Assembly: GCF_030144855.1 (NCBI RefSeq)
Contig: NC_082725.1
Location: 12,152,001-12,216,000 of the forward strand
DNA: 64,000 bases
Origin: Hypanus sabinus
Taxonomy: Eukaryota
Direction: 5' to 3'
Part shown: positions 26,032-38,820 of the stretch, piece after piece
Numbering within the stretch: position 1 is the first letter of the stretch
Layout: each line of letters opens with the position of its first letter
Program-made: the position numbers and the translations under genes
Notes under the pieces: model-generated
Told to the model about the DNA's origin: nothing
Seen by the model: the letters and a program-made list of their open reading frames with translations, nothing else
Database searches by the model: none

Positions 26032-26576
26032 TACTCAGAGGCCACATTATTCAGCATCTCCTGAAGTGGCTGATGAGTGTATTTCATGATTTTCTGCTAC
26101 TGTGTGGACCATCCACTTCAAGGCTCGATGTTCTGTGCATTCGGAGATGCTCTTCTGCACACCAGTGTTGTAACATAGCTGAATTATTGCTGCCTTCCTA
26201 TCGTCTTGAACCGGCCGAGTCATTAACCTCTGACCTCTCTCATTAATGAGGCGTTTTTACCCACTGAACTGCTGTTCACTGGATTTTTTTTTGTTTTTCG
26301 CACCATTCTTCAGATTGTTGTGCATAAAAAAAAACCCAGGAGATCAGCAGTTTCTAAGATACTCAAACCACCCTGTCTGGCACCAACAATCATTCTACAG
26401 TCAAAGTCACTTAGATCGCATCTCTTCCCCATTCTGACATTTGCTCTGAACAACAACTGAACCTCTTGACCAGGTCTGCACGCTTTTACGCATTGAGTTG
26501 CTGCTATATGATTGGCAGATTAGATGTTTGCATTAACGAGGTGCACTGGTGTACCTAATAAAGTGGCCACTGAGTG
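26032..26576 (-). mobile_element. Tc1 deletion derivative, family B, copy 2
   Basis: Ends GTGTACCTAATAAAGTGGCCACTGAGTG|TA; decayed terminal hairpin at 26032-26080; transposase HTH remnant. Confidence 0.85.
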
Positions 26577-27639
26577 TAAGTTAAATTTCAATCTTTCACG
26601 TTCCCTTTCTGGGGCGGTATGGTAGTGTAGTGATTAGTGTAAAGGTGTAGTAATTCTTCTGTAGCTCAACATAATGTCAACACCTGAATCTTCACGTTCA
26701 TAGCTTTCTCTGGAAGCTTATCATGACTCAATCAAAGACTCAGTGTTCAAAAGAATCAGTCCTCAAATCTAAAGGTTCATATATCCATCAAGTAGCTGAC
26801 TATTGATTGATATCTCTTAATTGGCTCAGTATTTAGGCAAACCTACTATTGATCATTTCACATGCATTGCACAAACTCAGTCACATCATGGTGTAATTCA
26901 TTCCACTGTAAACCCTTCTGCTTTGTGAATAAAATTTAGATGATGTCACCCACCAGTTTCCATTCAATAATTAATTTGGTAGCACAGTTTAATGTTTCTC
27001 TGTCTAAGCAAAGAACACTCTAGGTATGGTGTGGAAATATATATTGAACTTTGTATTTCTTTTAACCATTTGATGCGACAAAATGGTGTAGGCAATCCTA
27101 GAGTGCTGAGCTAATATGTTGCAATATGTGTACGTGACTACAAGAAATGTGCTTACAAAAGGAATACGCGATTGCAAGCGCCCAATGTACTGAACATGGT
27201 ACAAGAATTAGTAGGTAGCAGAAACGAGTCAACCGCAGATGACAGACTACAATAAATGTATTGGGAGGACTGAACTGACTGGAAAGGAGTGAGTCGTTCT
27301 AATGTATCAAAGGTATGCTTTGTAAACTGTGTGTTGGAAGTCCCCTACCATCCCTGGTGGGAGTGGTGGTGAACTTCCCCTTGAAAATAATAAAGAATAA
27401 AGGCGCTTGATAAAGATCTGTTCAGTGTTGGTAATATATTTTCCGAGACTTTGTGGAGAGAAAATTGACAATGGCAAGACCATTACTGAGGGGGTCATTT
27501 TGAATTTCAGTGTGTGGACTTAGAACAAAAGTGCATTCACATTTCTCCATAACAAATTCTGCTGCAGCAAATCTTTTTGTTATAATGAACTTTATCCTTA
27601 CACTTTTAAGGAAGCACAAGTATTATCAGGGGATCTCGT

Positions 27640-27920
27640 ATTGAAAGGCCTAGATAGAATGGAAGTGGAGAGGATGTTTCCTATAGTAGGGGAGTCTAGG
27701 GCCAGAGGGCACAGCCTCTGAATAGAAGGATGTCCCTTTAGATCAAGGATGAGGAAGAATTTCTTTAGCCAGGGGTTAGTGAATCTGTGGAATTCACTGC
27801 CACAGATGGTTCTGGAGGCCATGACAATGAGATATAATTAAAGAGGAGGTTGATATGTTCTTGATTAGTAAGGCTGTCAAAGGTAACAGGGAGAAATAGG
27901 AGAATGGGGGTTGAGAGAGA
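27640..27920 (+). mobile_element. CR1 3' fragment
   Basis: Encodes MRKNFFSQGLVNLWNSLPQ. Confidence 0.8.
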
Positions 27921-28061
27921 CACTTTTATCCCTGGCTCATGTTTATTTCTTTCGATCAGTTTTATGCTTTGGAGCTAAAACAGAACAGTGGTGATGGGGA
28001 TGAGATAAACATGACCACTTCATTTTTACTTTAGTGAGGCACACTTATGATGTGGTGGCTT

Positions 28062-30100
28062 AATAAGAACATAAGAAACGAGCCCATCAAGCCTGGCCCA
28101 CTATTAAATAAGATCATGGCTGATCTGAATGTAAACTCAGCTCCATCTACCTGCCTTTCCCCCATAACCCTTAATTCCCCTACTATGTAAAAATCTATCT
28201 AACTGTATCTTAAATATATTTAGCGAAGAAGCCTCAACTGCTTCCTGGGCAGAGAGTTCCACAGATTCACCACTCTCTGGGAAAAACAGTTTCTCCTCAA
28301 CTCCGTCCTAACTCTTCTCCCCTGAATTTTGATGCAATGTCTTCTAGCTCTAGTCTCACCTACCAATGGTAACAACTTTCCTACTTATATCTTTTCTATC
28401 CCTTTCAAAATTTTGTATGTTTCTATAAGATCCTCTCTCATTCTTCTGAATTCCAGAGAGTACAGTCCCAGGCAACTCAATCTTTCCTCATAGGTTAACC
28501 CCTTCATCTCTAGAATCAAGCTGGTGAACCTCCTCTGCATTGCTTCCAAAGCCAGTATAACCTTCCTCAACTATGGAGACCAGAATTGCACACCGTACTC
28601 CAGGTGCGGCCTCACCAGTACTCTGTATAGTTGCAGCATGACCTCCCTGCTCTTGAATTCAATCCCTCTAGCAATGAAGACCAACATTCCATATGCCTTC
28701 CTGTACCTGTTGTACCTGCAAGCCAACTTTTTGCGATTCATGAACAAGCACTCCCAAGTCTGTCTATACAACAGCATGCTCCAATCTTTTACCATTTAAA
28801 TAATAATCTGCTCTATTATTCCTTCCAAAGTAGACGTTCTCACATTTACCAACATTGTATTCCATCTGCCAGACCTTGGCCCGCTCACTTAACCTATCTA
28901 TATCCCTCTGCAGACTCTCCACATCCTCTGTGCAATTTGCTTTTCCACTCAGTTTAGTGTCATCAGCAAATTTTTCTACGCTACACTCAGTCCCCTCTTC
29001 CAAATCATCAATGTATATGGTAAACAGCTGCAGGCCCAGTACCGACCCCGGGCCACCCTACTCCACCGACTGTCAACTGGAGAAACACCTATTTATACCA
29101 ACTCTCTGCCTTCTATTGGTTAAGCAATCCACTATCCATGCCAATACACTCCCTCCGACTCCATGCATCCGTATCTTATTTGTAAGTCTCTTGGCAGCAC
29201 CTTATCGAAAGCCTTCTGGAAATCCAAGTATACGACATCCACCCGTTCCCCTCTATCCACTGCACTCATTACGTCCTCAAAGAACTCCAGTAAGTTTGTC
29301 TGAATCCATGCTGCATCTGTCTAATGGAACCACTCCTTTCTAAATGTTTCACTATTTCTTCCTTAATAACAGCTTCAAGCATTTTCCCGACTACAGATGT
29401 TAAGGTAACTGGCTTATAGTTGCCTGTGTTTTGCCTACATCCTTTTTTAAAAAGTGGCACGATATTTACTGTCATCCAATCTGCCTGGACCTGCCCAGAG
29501 TCGAGAGAATTTTGGTAAATGATTACCAAAGCATCTATTATAACTTCTGCCAATTTCCTCAGCATCCTGGGATGCATCACATCAGGACCAGGGGACTTAT
29601 CTACCTTCAGGCCCTCTAGTTTTCTCATCACTATCTCTTTAGTGACAGTGATTTTATCGAGGTCCTCACCTCCCATTTTGTCCATAACATCATTCTTTGG
29701 TATATTAGACGTGTTCTCCACTGTTAAGACCGACACAAAATAGTCGTTAAATGCCTCAGCCGTTTCCTTATCACCCAATATCGATTTCTCTTTCTCTCCT
29801 TCCAAGGGACCTACGTCGACTTTAGCCACCTTCTTCAGCTTTATATATTTATAAAAACTTTTGCTATCTGTTTTTCTATTTTGTGCTAATTTACTTCCAT
29901 ACTCTACCTTCCCTTTCCTTATTTCTTGCTTAGTTGTTCTTTGTTGCTTTTTAAAGTTTTCCCAATCCTCCAGTCTCCCACTACTCTTTGTGACTTTGTA
30001 CACATGAGCTTTTAATTTAATACTAACTTTGACTTCCTAAGTTACCCAAGGCTGGCTCTCCCCACACTTACTGTCCTTACTTTTGACTGGAATATACTTT
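28062..30100 (-). mobile_element. CR1 LINE, 5'-truncated ORF2 (RT) and 3' UTR
   Basis: ORF 29269-30003 encodes KSPGPDVMHPRML and GNYKPVTLTSVVGKMLE; KFADDTKL; LYRVLVRPHLEYGVQFWSP. Confidence 0.92.
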
Positions 30101-30234
30101 ATATAATAACATATGCCATTCATGTACTTTTACATATAACCCATAATAAATTAAGTAAACAAAGAAAGAAAGCTTAATCAAACAATATATTTACAATATT
30201 ACTCAAATTTTACTGAAATATTAAATACACAACA
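30101..30234 (-). mobile_element. Probable partial LTR
   Basis: AT-rich block ending ACACAACA (TGTTGTGT on minus) between two CR1 pieces; other end not found. Confidence 0.35.
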
Positions 30235-30750
30235 TTGTCTTTAAACTTTTATCCACTCACCTTGAACCTATGCCTTCTAGTTTTGACATTTCCACTCGAG
30301 AGAATAAAAAAGACTTTGTATAATTGGCCTATTTATGCCTCTCATAAACTTATTACTTCTATTAGGTTGCACTTCCTCCCCTGCCAGTCTCTGATGCGCT
30401 AGAGAAAACAAGCCAAGTTTGCCCTGCTGATCCATTTAGCTACACGACTCTATTCAGGCAGTATCCTGGTGAGCCTCTTCTGCACAGCAAAGCCCCACAT
30501 TGTTCCTATAATGAAAGGACCAGAACTACGTACAATCCTCCACAACTGGCCGTGCCAAGGATTTATACAGTTGCAACATGATTTTCTGACCAAAGTACTC
30601 AGTGCCCCATTTGAAGGCATGCTCACTGTGTGGCTTGTGTTACTACCTTATCCACCTACGTTTCCATTTTGGGGTTGCACTCCAAAATACAGCAGAGCAG
30701 ACTCAATGACCCGAATGGCCTAACTCTGCTCCTATGCCTTAGGGTCTCAT
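30235..30750. mobile_element. Decayed CR1 fragments
   Basis: Similar to the CR1 at 28300-28750 (minus), plus a plus-strand tail at 30690-30750. Confidence 0.65.
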
Positions 30751-31186
30751 AAAGACTGAATTGTTTGTGTATCTATGAGATACTTGTTATTCTTTAAGAT
30801 ACATACTTTGAAAATGGAAAAGGTGCTGTCAATACTGCTGTGATTGTGATGTATAAGGTCAGTCACACAGGAGGAGTCAGTTTTTATGATGCAGGTTCAC
30901 TACAAGTCATCTACAAAAATAATACAGATTAGATTAACAGTGTATGCTTCCCCATTAGTGCACATTATTATACTGCAGTACCCAACACATGGTAACGATT
31001 ATTCAGGCAAAAGATCATTACTAAATTTAAAGGCTCAACCAATTTTATAATAAGAAATGCAAAAAGTAAATAAGAGAGAGTCTTTTGTTTTCAGTACCAG
31101 TGATGATTATATCAGAACAAAACACTGTCCTTTTTATAATTTTTTTAGCATGTGGGCGTTTCTGCTATTTCCAGCAATACTCATGC

Positions 31187-31421
31187 TGTGGCGACCCATT
31201 TCCTGGCACATCCAAACCGGCTCACAATTAGCCAGCTTTCCGGCTAAGGGAGATAGCCTACGGGGATTTGCGAGCACAGTGCTTTGGAGCCTCTGCGCCA
31301 CGGGGGGCAGGTTGAGGGAGGCTTAAAAGTGAGGCTGAGGATTTCGAATAAAGTTTTTCCTTCGACTGCAGTTACTGACTCCGTGTCTTAATTTTAGCGC
31401 TGCATGTAGCACACCGCTACA
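31187..31421 (+). mobile_element. Solo LTR (Gypsy-like), 235 bp
   Basis: TGTGGCG...CGCTACA termini, 4-bp TSD ATGC on both sides, TTAAAA and AATAAA inside, CpG-rich. Confidence 0.8.
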
Positions 31422-31649
31422 ATGCACCTTAATTCCTCTTGAGTTGTTGGTGGTGAGATTCCATCTTGAGCCGTTGCATTCAGTCCAGTGGAGATAAGGA
31501 AGGAACTGTGATATCTATGATAACAGAAGACTGGAAAAGTGTATGGATGATAGGGGTATGGTGGGCCTTGGTCCTGGTGTGGGTCATTGGGACTAGCCCC
31601 AAAACAGTTTGCTATGGACCGAATGGGCCAACAGGCGCTGTAGTGATCT

Positions 31650-31990
31650 TTGACTCCATGATGTTCTTGTTGCATTTGTTTTTAGTTTTTTTAGTGCGGG
31701 GAGGGGAATTTGTGGGTCGATGTTCTTGTTACGTTTTGTGCAGGGGTAGGGGCGGGTTGCGGGTCGGTTCTTGCTGTGTTTCGTGCGGAGAGGGGGGTTT
31801 AAGGGGAATTGGTAATCATGTTACCATTCGTTTATGTGCGGTGGGTGGGTGGGGGGGGGGTTTGCTGCCTCCCTTTGAACTGACTTCCATGTTTTTTAAA
31901 AATTTCGTGACTATCTGGAGAAGGTGACTCTCAGGGTTATTTACAGTACTGCATACCTACCTTGATAATAAATTAACCTTTGAACCTTTA
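31650..31990 (+). repeat. G-rich LINE 3' UTR-like repeat (related copies 51275-51530 +, 53850-54160 -, 55290-55500 -)
   Basis: Shared G-rich body and AATAAA/ATTAAA...CCTTTGA tail. Confidence 0.5.
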
Positions 31991-32092
31991 GAACATTTGA
32001 TTAGGAGAGGAATGTGCCAGTAGCAATGGGCCCTTAGCCCTGCTGCTCATGTCCTTCTAGAAAACCCAAGGTCAGGAGTTTATTCCTTTAGT

Positions 32093-32285
32093 ATTTATTT
32101 ATTTATTTGTTTGTTTGTTTGTTTATTTATTTGGAGATAAAGCACAGTAATAGGCCCTTCCAGCTTGCACTGCCAAATTACAGCCATGTGACCAGTTAAC
32201 CTATTAATCTGTACTTGTTTGGAATGTGGGAGGAAACTGGGGCACCCCGCGGAAACCCATGAGGTCAGGGGTAAAGCACGCAAAC
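32093..32285 (-). mobile_element. V-SINE/HE1-like SINE
   Basis: V-domain on minus strand; (TTTA/TTTG)n tail. Confidence 0.7.
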
Positions 32286-32589
32286 TGCTGATCGGCTGCT
32301 GGCTTCGTGTTGCTGGACGAACTTACATGACCTGCAATTCTGAATCCTATTTGTGTACTTTTATTATTTGCATGATTGGGTGTTTTAACATTTTTTACGG
32401 GTTCTATTGGGTTTCTTTGTTTTGTGGCTGCCTGTAGGGAGAAGAATCTCAAGGTTGTTTATGGTATACATACTTTGAAAATAGATGTACTTGGAAGTTT
32501 GAAGACACAGAACAGCAGAAGGTATAGAGGAAATGCAAATAATCCTATTAAACTCACAAAATCTGTAAATATGTCAACTAGTTTATTGC

Positions 32590-32890
32590 TTCTCCATCTC
32601 CCTCTGGTGCTCTCCTCCCCCCTTCTTTCTCCCTAGGCCTCCCATTCCGATCCTTTCCCTTCTCCAGCTCTGTATCCCTTTTGCCAATCAACTTTCCAGC
32701 TCTCAATTTCATCCCTCCCCCTCCTGTCTTCTCCTATAATTTCGGATCTCCCCCTCCCACTTTCAAATCTCTTACTATCTCTTCTTTCAGTTAGTCCTGA
32801 CGAAGGTTCTCGGCCCGAAACATCGACTATACTTCTTCCTATAGATGCTGCCTGGCCTGCTGTGTTCCACCAGCATTTTGTGTGTGTTGC
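32590..32890 (+). mobile_element. Penelope-like element terminal fragment
   Basis: Highly similar to the reverse complement of 36106-36400. Confidence 0.85.
32792..32829 (+). ncRNA. Minimal hammerhead motif (helix III palindrome mutated)
   Basis: TAGTC-CTGACGA-AGGTTCTCGGCCC-GAAACATC-GACTA. Confidence 0.6.
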
Positions 32891-33164
32891 TAGGATATAT
32901 GTAAATGCATTTGATGTCATTCGAAGTATGTGTGTGTTGTCATACCTGTGAGAAAAACCTTGGGCTTTTTTTGACCCATCTGCAGAAGTCTACATTCCCT
33001 GCAAAGCTCTTTGTTCACGTTTGAAGAATTTTAATAGTCCAGAACTATTCGACACTGAAAGAAGTTGGAGTGCAGATGTCTGATCATATCTGAGAATGTC
33101 AAATAGCCTATTGGATCCTGTCTATTGCATGCTGAACTTTAGATGCCTAGAGAGATGTTATAGG

Positions 33165-35402
33165 TGTCACAACCACGGATTTGGCAGCGCAGTAGATATG
33201 GCAATTGTGCTCGTGAATATGCACATCAACTAATTATTATTTCGTTGTGATAGTATTTAACTCCATTCATTCCATCATAGTACTTGTCGAGACTTGGACG
33301 TAGCAATGCTTTGCTGCCTGCTTGTGTTCTGCCATTTGAGAGTTTTAGCTAACTCTTTGGCCCAGAGTTTATTGTTTTTTTCCTTTAACACTGTTTGCAT
33401 TAAAGTCTGTGAAATATTGATCCGCTTCAGTGTCTCTCACTCTGCACTTGGGCCATGTTCGAACCTGGTCACAGCAAGCCTCGACCACACAAAGATGGAC
33501 CCAGCAGAGAGAGGGCAGCTGACCTTGGCCATGAGATTCATTCGTTAAGGCAACAATGTTCCATTGGAATTCCTGTGTACGAACAGTTGTTTCTGTCTCC
33601 AGCATGACTAAAGGAATGGACCCAGCCAAATCGGAACGGTGAAGCTTTGACATTGGTGGCTTGAGGAGAGGGTGCCTTTATTCTGAGTGCATGTCCTGAC
33701 TCTACATTCTGATCTTCTCTAGTCTACTTTGAGTTTCTCCAGTATCCATTCCAAGCTTTTCAAGTCAAAGTACCTAGGTTCTCAGCTTTGTGGTCCTGCG
33801 ACTCTGGTCTGCTTAACAAATGAGCACTTCAAGCAAGCTTATCAATTGATTCAACAAATCATCATTCAAGTCAATGGTGTAAGTTCTGGAAGAGCCTTAC
33901 TCCAAAAGCTGATCCCTGGCTGGAGTGTGTGAATACACAAGTAACCCTATCAAGAGTATTTTTAACTTCTTGATGAAAGTCATGGTATAGACCAAGAAAA
34001 TTGAACTTTCATGTAGCAAATTAAAAAGAACCAGCTAGTTTAGTGATGAAAGAAACCTGTCTATGCTGTCTTGATCTGTAAAATTGAGAGTATATCCTAA
34101 TTGCCTCTGGAAAAAAATTGTGAAAGTTAAAACACTGAGCAAGATTTGAAAAGGTTCCTTCTCTAGGTTTCAAGTTTCATGTTTTCAAGGTTCCCCAAGG
34201 ACTTTTCTCTATGTTCCCAAGTTTTTTTATTTTTCCAATTGTCACGAAGGTTTATTCAATGTGTTTAGGGTTTTTTCAGTGTCCTCCCCATCTCGAGGAC
34301 TCCCAAGCCTCCCTCTCGGTCCCGCCCGAGGTTTCTTGACCTCAGTCTGTTGGGGTTCCCCGGTCTCTCTGTCTCTCTGGATCCCCTAGTCTCCCTGCCT
34401 CTCGAGTTCCCCATGCCTCCCTCTCAAGGTCCCCAGGTCTCTCGAGTCCTCCCTGGATCTCGAGTTCTCAGGTCTTTCTGGGTCATCAAGTGCCAACTAT
34501 AGAGAGGGGGTCCTGTAGTGACTTCAAGGCTGTGCAGAGCATCAGAGCTTTATTGAGCTGCGAGGCTTTTAGAGCATCTGAATTGGTTAATTGTTGCTTA
34601 ACAGTTATTAATGGTTTAAGAGTTCCTTGTGTTTTCCTCAAGCAACTCTCTCTTTGTAATGCAGTTTCCTGGTGCTTTCTGTTTAAGTTTAACTTTATTT
34701 TGATAGGCTCAGAGATTTTGTGTTGGTTTTACTCTTGAAGCAGATGCCTGATTAACTCCAATTGGAGGGTCCTCATTTTGAGTATGATTTGTCTCACGGT
34801 GTCACTCGGTCAAGCTACTTCTGTATAAGCTCTTGTTTCTGTCTCTACATGGAAGTCTTTGGCTCCGATATTGGCAGTGCACTCCAAAGCACTTACCTAC
34901 CAGCATCACTGAAGGACATCTTGGACAAGTCCCTCATTTGGGACTTCCAGGAGACACAAGTCTGTGGCACCTCGGGAACTGTGCCTGGAGAGGGGGGCCC
35001 TGTCACAACCATGGATTCAGCAGCGCAGTAGGTACGGCAATTGCACTCGTGAATATGCATGTGTCAGCTAATTACTATTTCATTGTGATGCTGTTAAACT
35101 CCATTCATTCCGTTGTAGTACTTGTCGAGACTTGGACACAGCAACACTTCGCTGCCTGCTTGCATTCAGCCTTGCCTGAGAAATTGGACTGCCGAGTCAA
35201 CGGACTCTAAAGACCAGCGGTATTTGTTTTATTCTTAGTTGTTCTGTTCAGCCGCGGTGTAGGTTTCGCTCACCATTTGAGAGTTTTAGCTAACGGTCTT
35301 GTTTGGCCTAGAGTTTATTGTTTTTTTTCCTTTAACATTGCTTGCATTAAAGTCTGTGAAATATTGACCCACTTCAGAGTCTCTCACTCTGCACTCAGGA
35401 CA
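33165..35402 (+). mobile_element. Non-autonomous Gypsy (sushi/chromovirus-like) LTR retrotransposon
   Basis: Direct LTRs 33165-33473 and 35001-~35402, both starting TGTCACAACCA; gag-like start MDPAERG at 33495; chromodomain-end remnant KDILDKSLIWDFQ; PPT GGAGAGGGGGG before the 3' LTR. Confidence 0.8.
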
Positions 35403-35539
35403 TTGGGAGCATCATCAGAGTAGTCCTTCACCTGTAGATCATCTGTGGCTCCTGGCATTCTCTTTAATGTGACCTAATGAAACACAATTGACAGCCTGGC
35501 TTGATGGCAACAGCAAGGATAATCTGGAACTTGTGTTGG

Positions 35540-35768
35540 GGTGGCATTAGTAGAACACCTCACAGCACCAGCGACCTCCGTTCAACTCCCGCCTGTGAAG
35601 TGTTTATACATTCTCCCCTTGTCCACATTGACTTCTTCCCATAGTACAAAGACATACCGGTTGACAGGTTAATTAGTCATTGTAAAGTGATTAGGCTGAG
35701 ATTAAATTGGGGGACTGCTGGGCGGTGCAGCTCAAAGTGCAGAAGGGTCTATTACACAATGTCTCTCA
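35540..35768 (+). mobile_element. Decayed V-SINE
   Basis: GTTCAACTCCC B-box-like, V-domain remnant, CR1-like tail. Confidence 0.6.
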
Positions 35769-36105
35769 ACCTATTCCCTAAATCATTAGGGAACCTACTG
35801 AAAGCTACCTCAGTATTTTTGCTCTGTTTTGCACTATTTTTTTTGATTTAATTACATGATGCTTGTTTTGTCATCACGTGGCTAAAATAATATCTTTTTC
35901 AGAAAATTAACCTCTATGTCATTTGGGTAACTCAACTAGGTTGTTCCACAGCTGCCTGGCTTTCAGCATCAGTAGCACACATGGTGATGTTCCCCCTTGT
36001 GTGGTGCTTTCCTTTGGATCATGGTGTCACGTGGCAGCCTGTCAGTGAATAGTCGGGGGGAAACGTGGACTGTCCAGCACCAAAATGGACTAGTATATCA
36101 GACCA

Positions 36106-37120
36106 CACAAAATGCAGGTGGAACGCAGCAGACCAGGCAGCATCTATAGGGAGAAGGACTGTCGACGTTTCAGGCCAAGACCTTCATCAGGACTAACTGA
36201 AAGGAAAGATAGTAAGAGATTTGAAAGTAGAGGGGGGAGAGGGAAATGCGAAATGATAGGAGAAGACCGGAGGGGGTGGGATTCCAGCTAAGAGCTGGAA
36301 AGGTGATTGGCGAAAGTGATACAGAGCTGGAGAAGGGAAAGGATCATGGGATGGGAGGCCTCGGAAGAAAGAAAGGGGGAGGAGGGGAGCACCAGAGGGA
36401 GATGAAGAGTGATGGGCAGAGAAGAAAAAGGAAAAAAGGGAGGGGAAATAAAAACAAAAAAAACCCAAAAAAAACAAAATATATCAGGGATGGGGTAAGA
36501 AGGGGAGGAAGGGCATTAACGGAAATTAGAGAAGTCAATGTTCATGCCATCAGGTTGGAGGCTACCCAGCCGGTATATAAGGTGTTGTTCCTCCAACCTG
36601 AGTGTGGCTTCATCTTGACAGTAGAGGAGACCATGGATAGACATATCAGAATGGGAACGGGACATGGAATTAAAATGTGTCGCTACTGGGAGATCCTGCT
36701 TTCTCTGGTGGACAGAATGTCGTTGTTCAGCGAAATGGTCTCCCAGTCTGCGTCGGGTCTCACCAATATATAAAAGGCCGCACTGGGAGCACCGGATGCA
36801 GTATACCACACCAGCCGACTCACAGGTGAAGTGTCGCCTCACCTGGAAGGACTGTCTGGGGCCCTGAATGATGGTGAGGGAGGAAGTGTAAGGGCAGGAG
36901 TAGCACTTGTTCCACTTACAAGGATAAGTGCCAGGAGGGAGATCGGTGGGAAGAGATGGGGGGGATGAATGGACAAGGGAGTCGCGTAGGTAGTGATCCC
37001 AGCAGAAAGCAGAAGGGGGGGGGGAGGGAAAGATGTGCTTGGTAGTGGGATCCCATTGGAGGTAGCGGAAGTTACGGAGAATTATACGTTGGATCCGGAG
37101 GCTGGTGGGGTGGTAGGTGG
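36106..37120 (-). mobile_element. Penelope-like element (5'-truncated) with open GIY-YIG endonuclease frame (36516-36842)
   Basis: Encodes GVVYCIRCSQCGLLYIGETRRRLGDHFAEQ; exact 15-bp flanking repeat TAGTATATCAGACCA (36091-36105 and 37121-37135). Confidence 0.92.
36161..36193 (-). ncRNA. Minimal type I hammerhead ribozyme motif
   Basis: Minus strand GTC-CTGATGA-AGGTCTTGGCCT-GAAACGTC-GAC; canonical GUC triplet; stem I only 3 bp. Confidence 0.72.
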
Positions 37121-37224
37121 TAGTATATCAGACCAATCATTTTGGGTGAACCACCTTCACCCAACAAATACTGTCCTGACACAATACTGCTGTGTCTCCA
37201 AATAAAACTTCAAAAATAAATAGG

Positions 37225-37370
37225 CACACAAGACTCTGCAGATCATGAAAATTCATACTAACAGATCCAAAAACTGGAGGAACTCGGCAGTTCAGGTAGC
37301 ATCTATGGAGGGTAATAAACAGTTGATGTTTTGGGCGGGGACCGTTCATCAGGTCTGTGTGTGTTGCTCC
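37225..37370 (-). mobile_element. Short Penelope terminal fragment with decayed hammerhead (37321-37356)
   Basis: Minus strand CTGATGAACGGTCCCCGCCCAAAACATC; G12 of the core lost. Confidence 0.65.
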
Positions 37371-37909
37371 AAGTAACAAAAAAGATCTATTAGCCCCCAT
37401 CTCCTGACTATGTCCTGAATCCACAGTTTGCCCTGATCAATACCAACCCCCCCCCCCCCCGCCGATCTTTCCAACAGAAGGAGTAGGTCTCCTATTTCCC
37501 TTTCCTTCACCACTAACATTGGTCTTTAACCTTCAATCTAACTCCCCCAACTGACAATACCCAATCTATCAACTTCAGCAATACCCACTACCCCTACCTA
37601 CTGGGCAAAGCCCCAGCTCCAGTCTCAGTGTTAGAACTTCTGGACAACTAACCATCGTTGATAACCACATGGCAGCATTATTCATATCACTATGCCATGT
37701 AGAATTAAGTAGCTTCCAAATTTCATATCAACATATCCTGTAATGTATAACTCTCATGGGTGAAGAGACTATAAAGCCTGATTAGGAACTTGCTTGCAGA
37801 TATCCGTAGCAACAGATTGATACATGAATTAAAAAGAAAAATCAATAAAAAACTAGCTTACACAGAGGGATAGCACTAACATTAACAACATTGAACTACA
37901 AAACACCTT

Positions 37910-38820
37910 AAAGTTCAAAATAAATTTATCATCAAAGTACATACAGTATATACTGAGATTCACTTTCTTGTGGACATTCACAATAAGTTCAAAGAAACAC
38001 AAAAGAATTAATGAAAAATCTCACACAACATGATGGACAAACAAACAACATGCCAAAGGCAACAAGCTGTGGAAGTATAAAAAGGAAAACGAGCAGGCAA
38101 AATAATAATAATAATAAATAAATAAGCAATAAATACTGGGACATGAGATGAAGAGTCCTTGAAAGCAAGCCAGTAGGTTGAGGGAACAATTCGGTGTTGG
38201 GGTGAGTGAAGTTAAGTGAGGTTCAAGAGTCTGATGACTGAGGGGTAATAGCTGTTCTCGAACCCAGTGATCTAAGTTACGAGGCTTCTGTACCTTCTTT
38301 CCAATGGCAGCGGCAAGAAAAGAGGATGACCTGTGTGGTAGGTGTCCTTGGGATGCTGCTTTCCTGTGACAGTGCTCCTTGTACAAGTGCTCAGTCATGG
38401 CGAGGACTTTACCTGTGAACACGGCCATATTTGTAAGCTTTTTCTTTCAAGGGCATTGGTGTTAGTAGACTCATTGCTGCGCATCTGTAGAAGTTTGTCA
38501 AAGTTTTAGCCATCAAGCCAAATCTTCGCAAACTTCTAAGAAAATAGAGGCACTGTCATGTTTTCTTCATGACTGCTGCATCAAGGACAGATCCTCTGAA
38601 ATGATAACACCAAGCAATTTAAAGTTGCTGACCCTCTCCACCTCTGATCCCCCAATGAGACTGGCTCATAAGACCTCCAGTTTTCTCCTCCTATAGCTAA
38701 TAATAAGCTCTTTGGTTTTGCTGACATTGAGTGAGAGGTTGTTGTGGCACCACTCAGCCAGATTTTCAATCTCCCTCCTATACGCTGATTTGTCACCACC
38801 TTTGATTCAGCCCACGACAG
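37910..38820 (-). mobile_element. Rex1/Babar-type LINE, RT C-terminus and 3' UTR
   Basis: Encodes EHCHRKAAS and a WCHNNLSLNVSKTKEL-like remnant; (TTTGAAC) tail. Confidence 0.85.

Noticed and set aside
29269-30003. Longest ORF (244 aa) as a host gene
   Set aside because: It is a CR1 ORF2 fragment flanked by frameshifted RT pieces.
31296-31311. CTCF-like motif in the solo LTR
   Set aside because: Spacing is one base short and the central YAG is missing.
32945-33108. Minus-strand exon-like segment ending CAG|GTATG
   Set aside because: All frames are interrupted by stops.
36193-36773. Low-complexity R/K/G-rich and P/S/F-rich ORFs here and at 5472-5911
   Set aside because: Artefacts of the purine/pyrimidine-skewed Penelope UTR.
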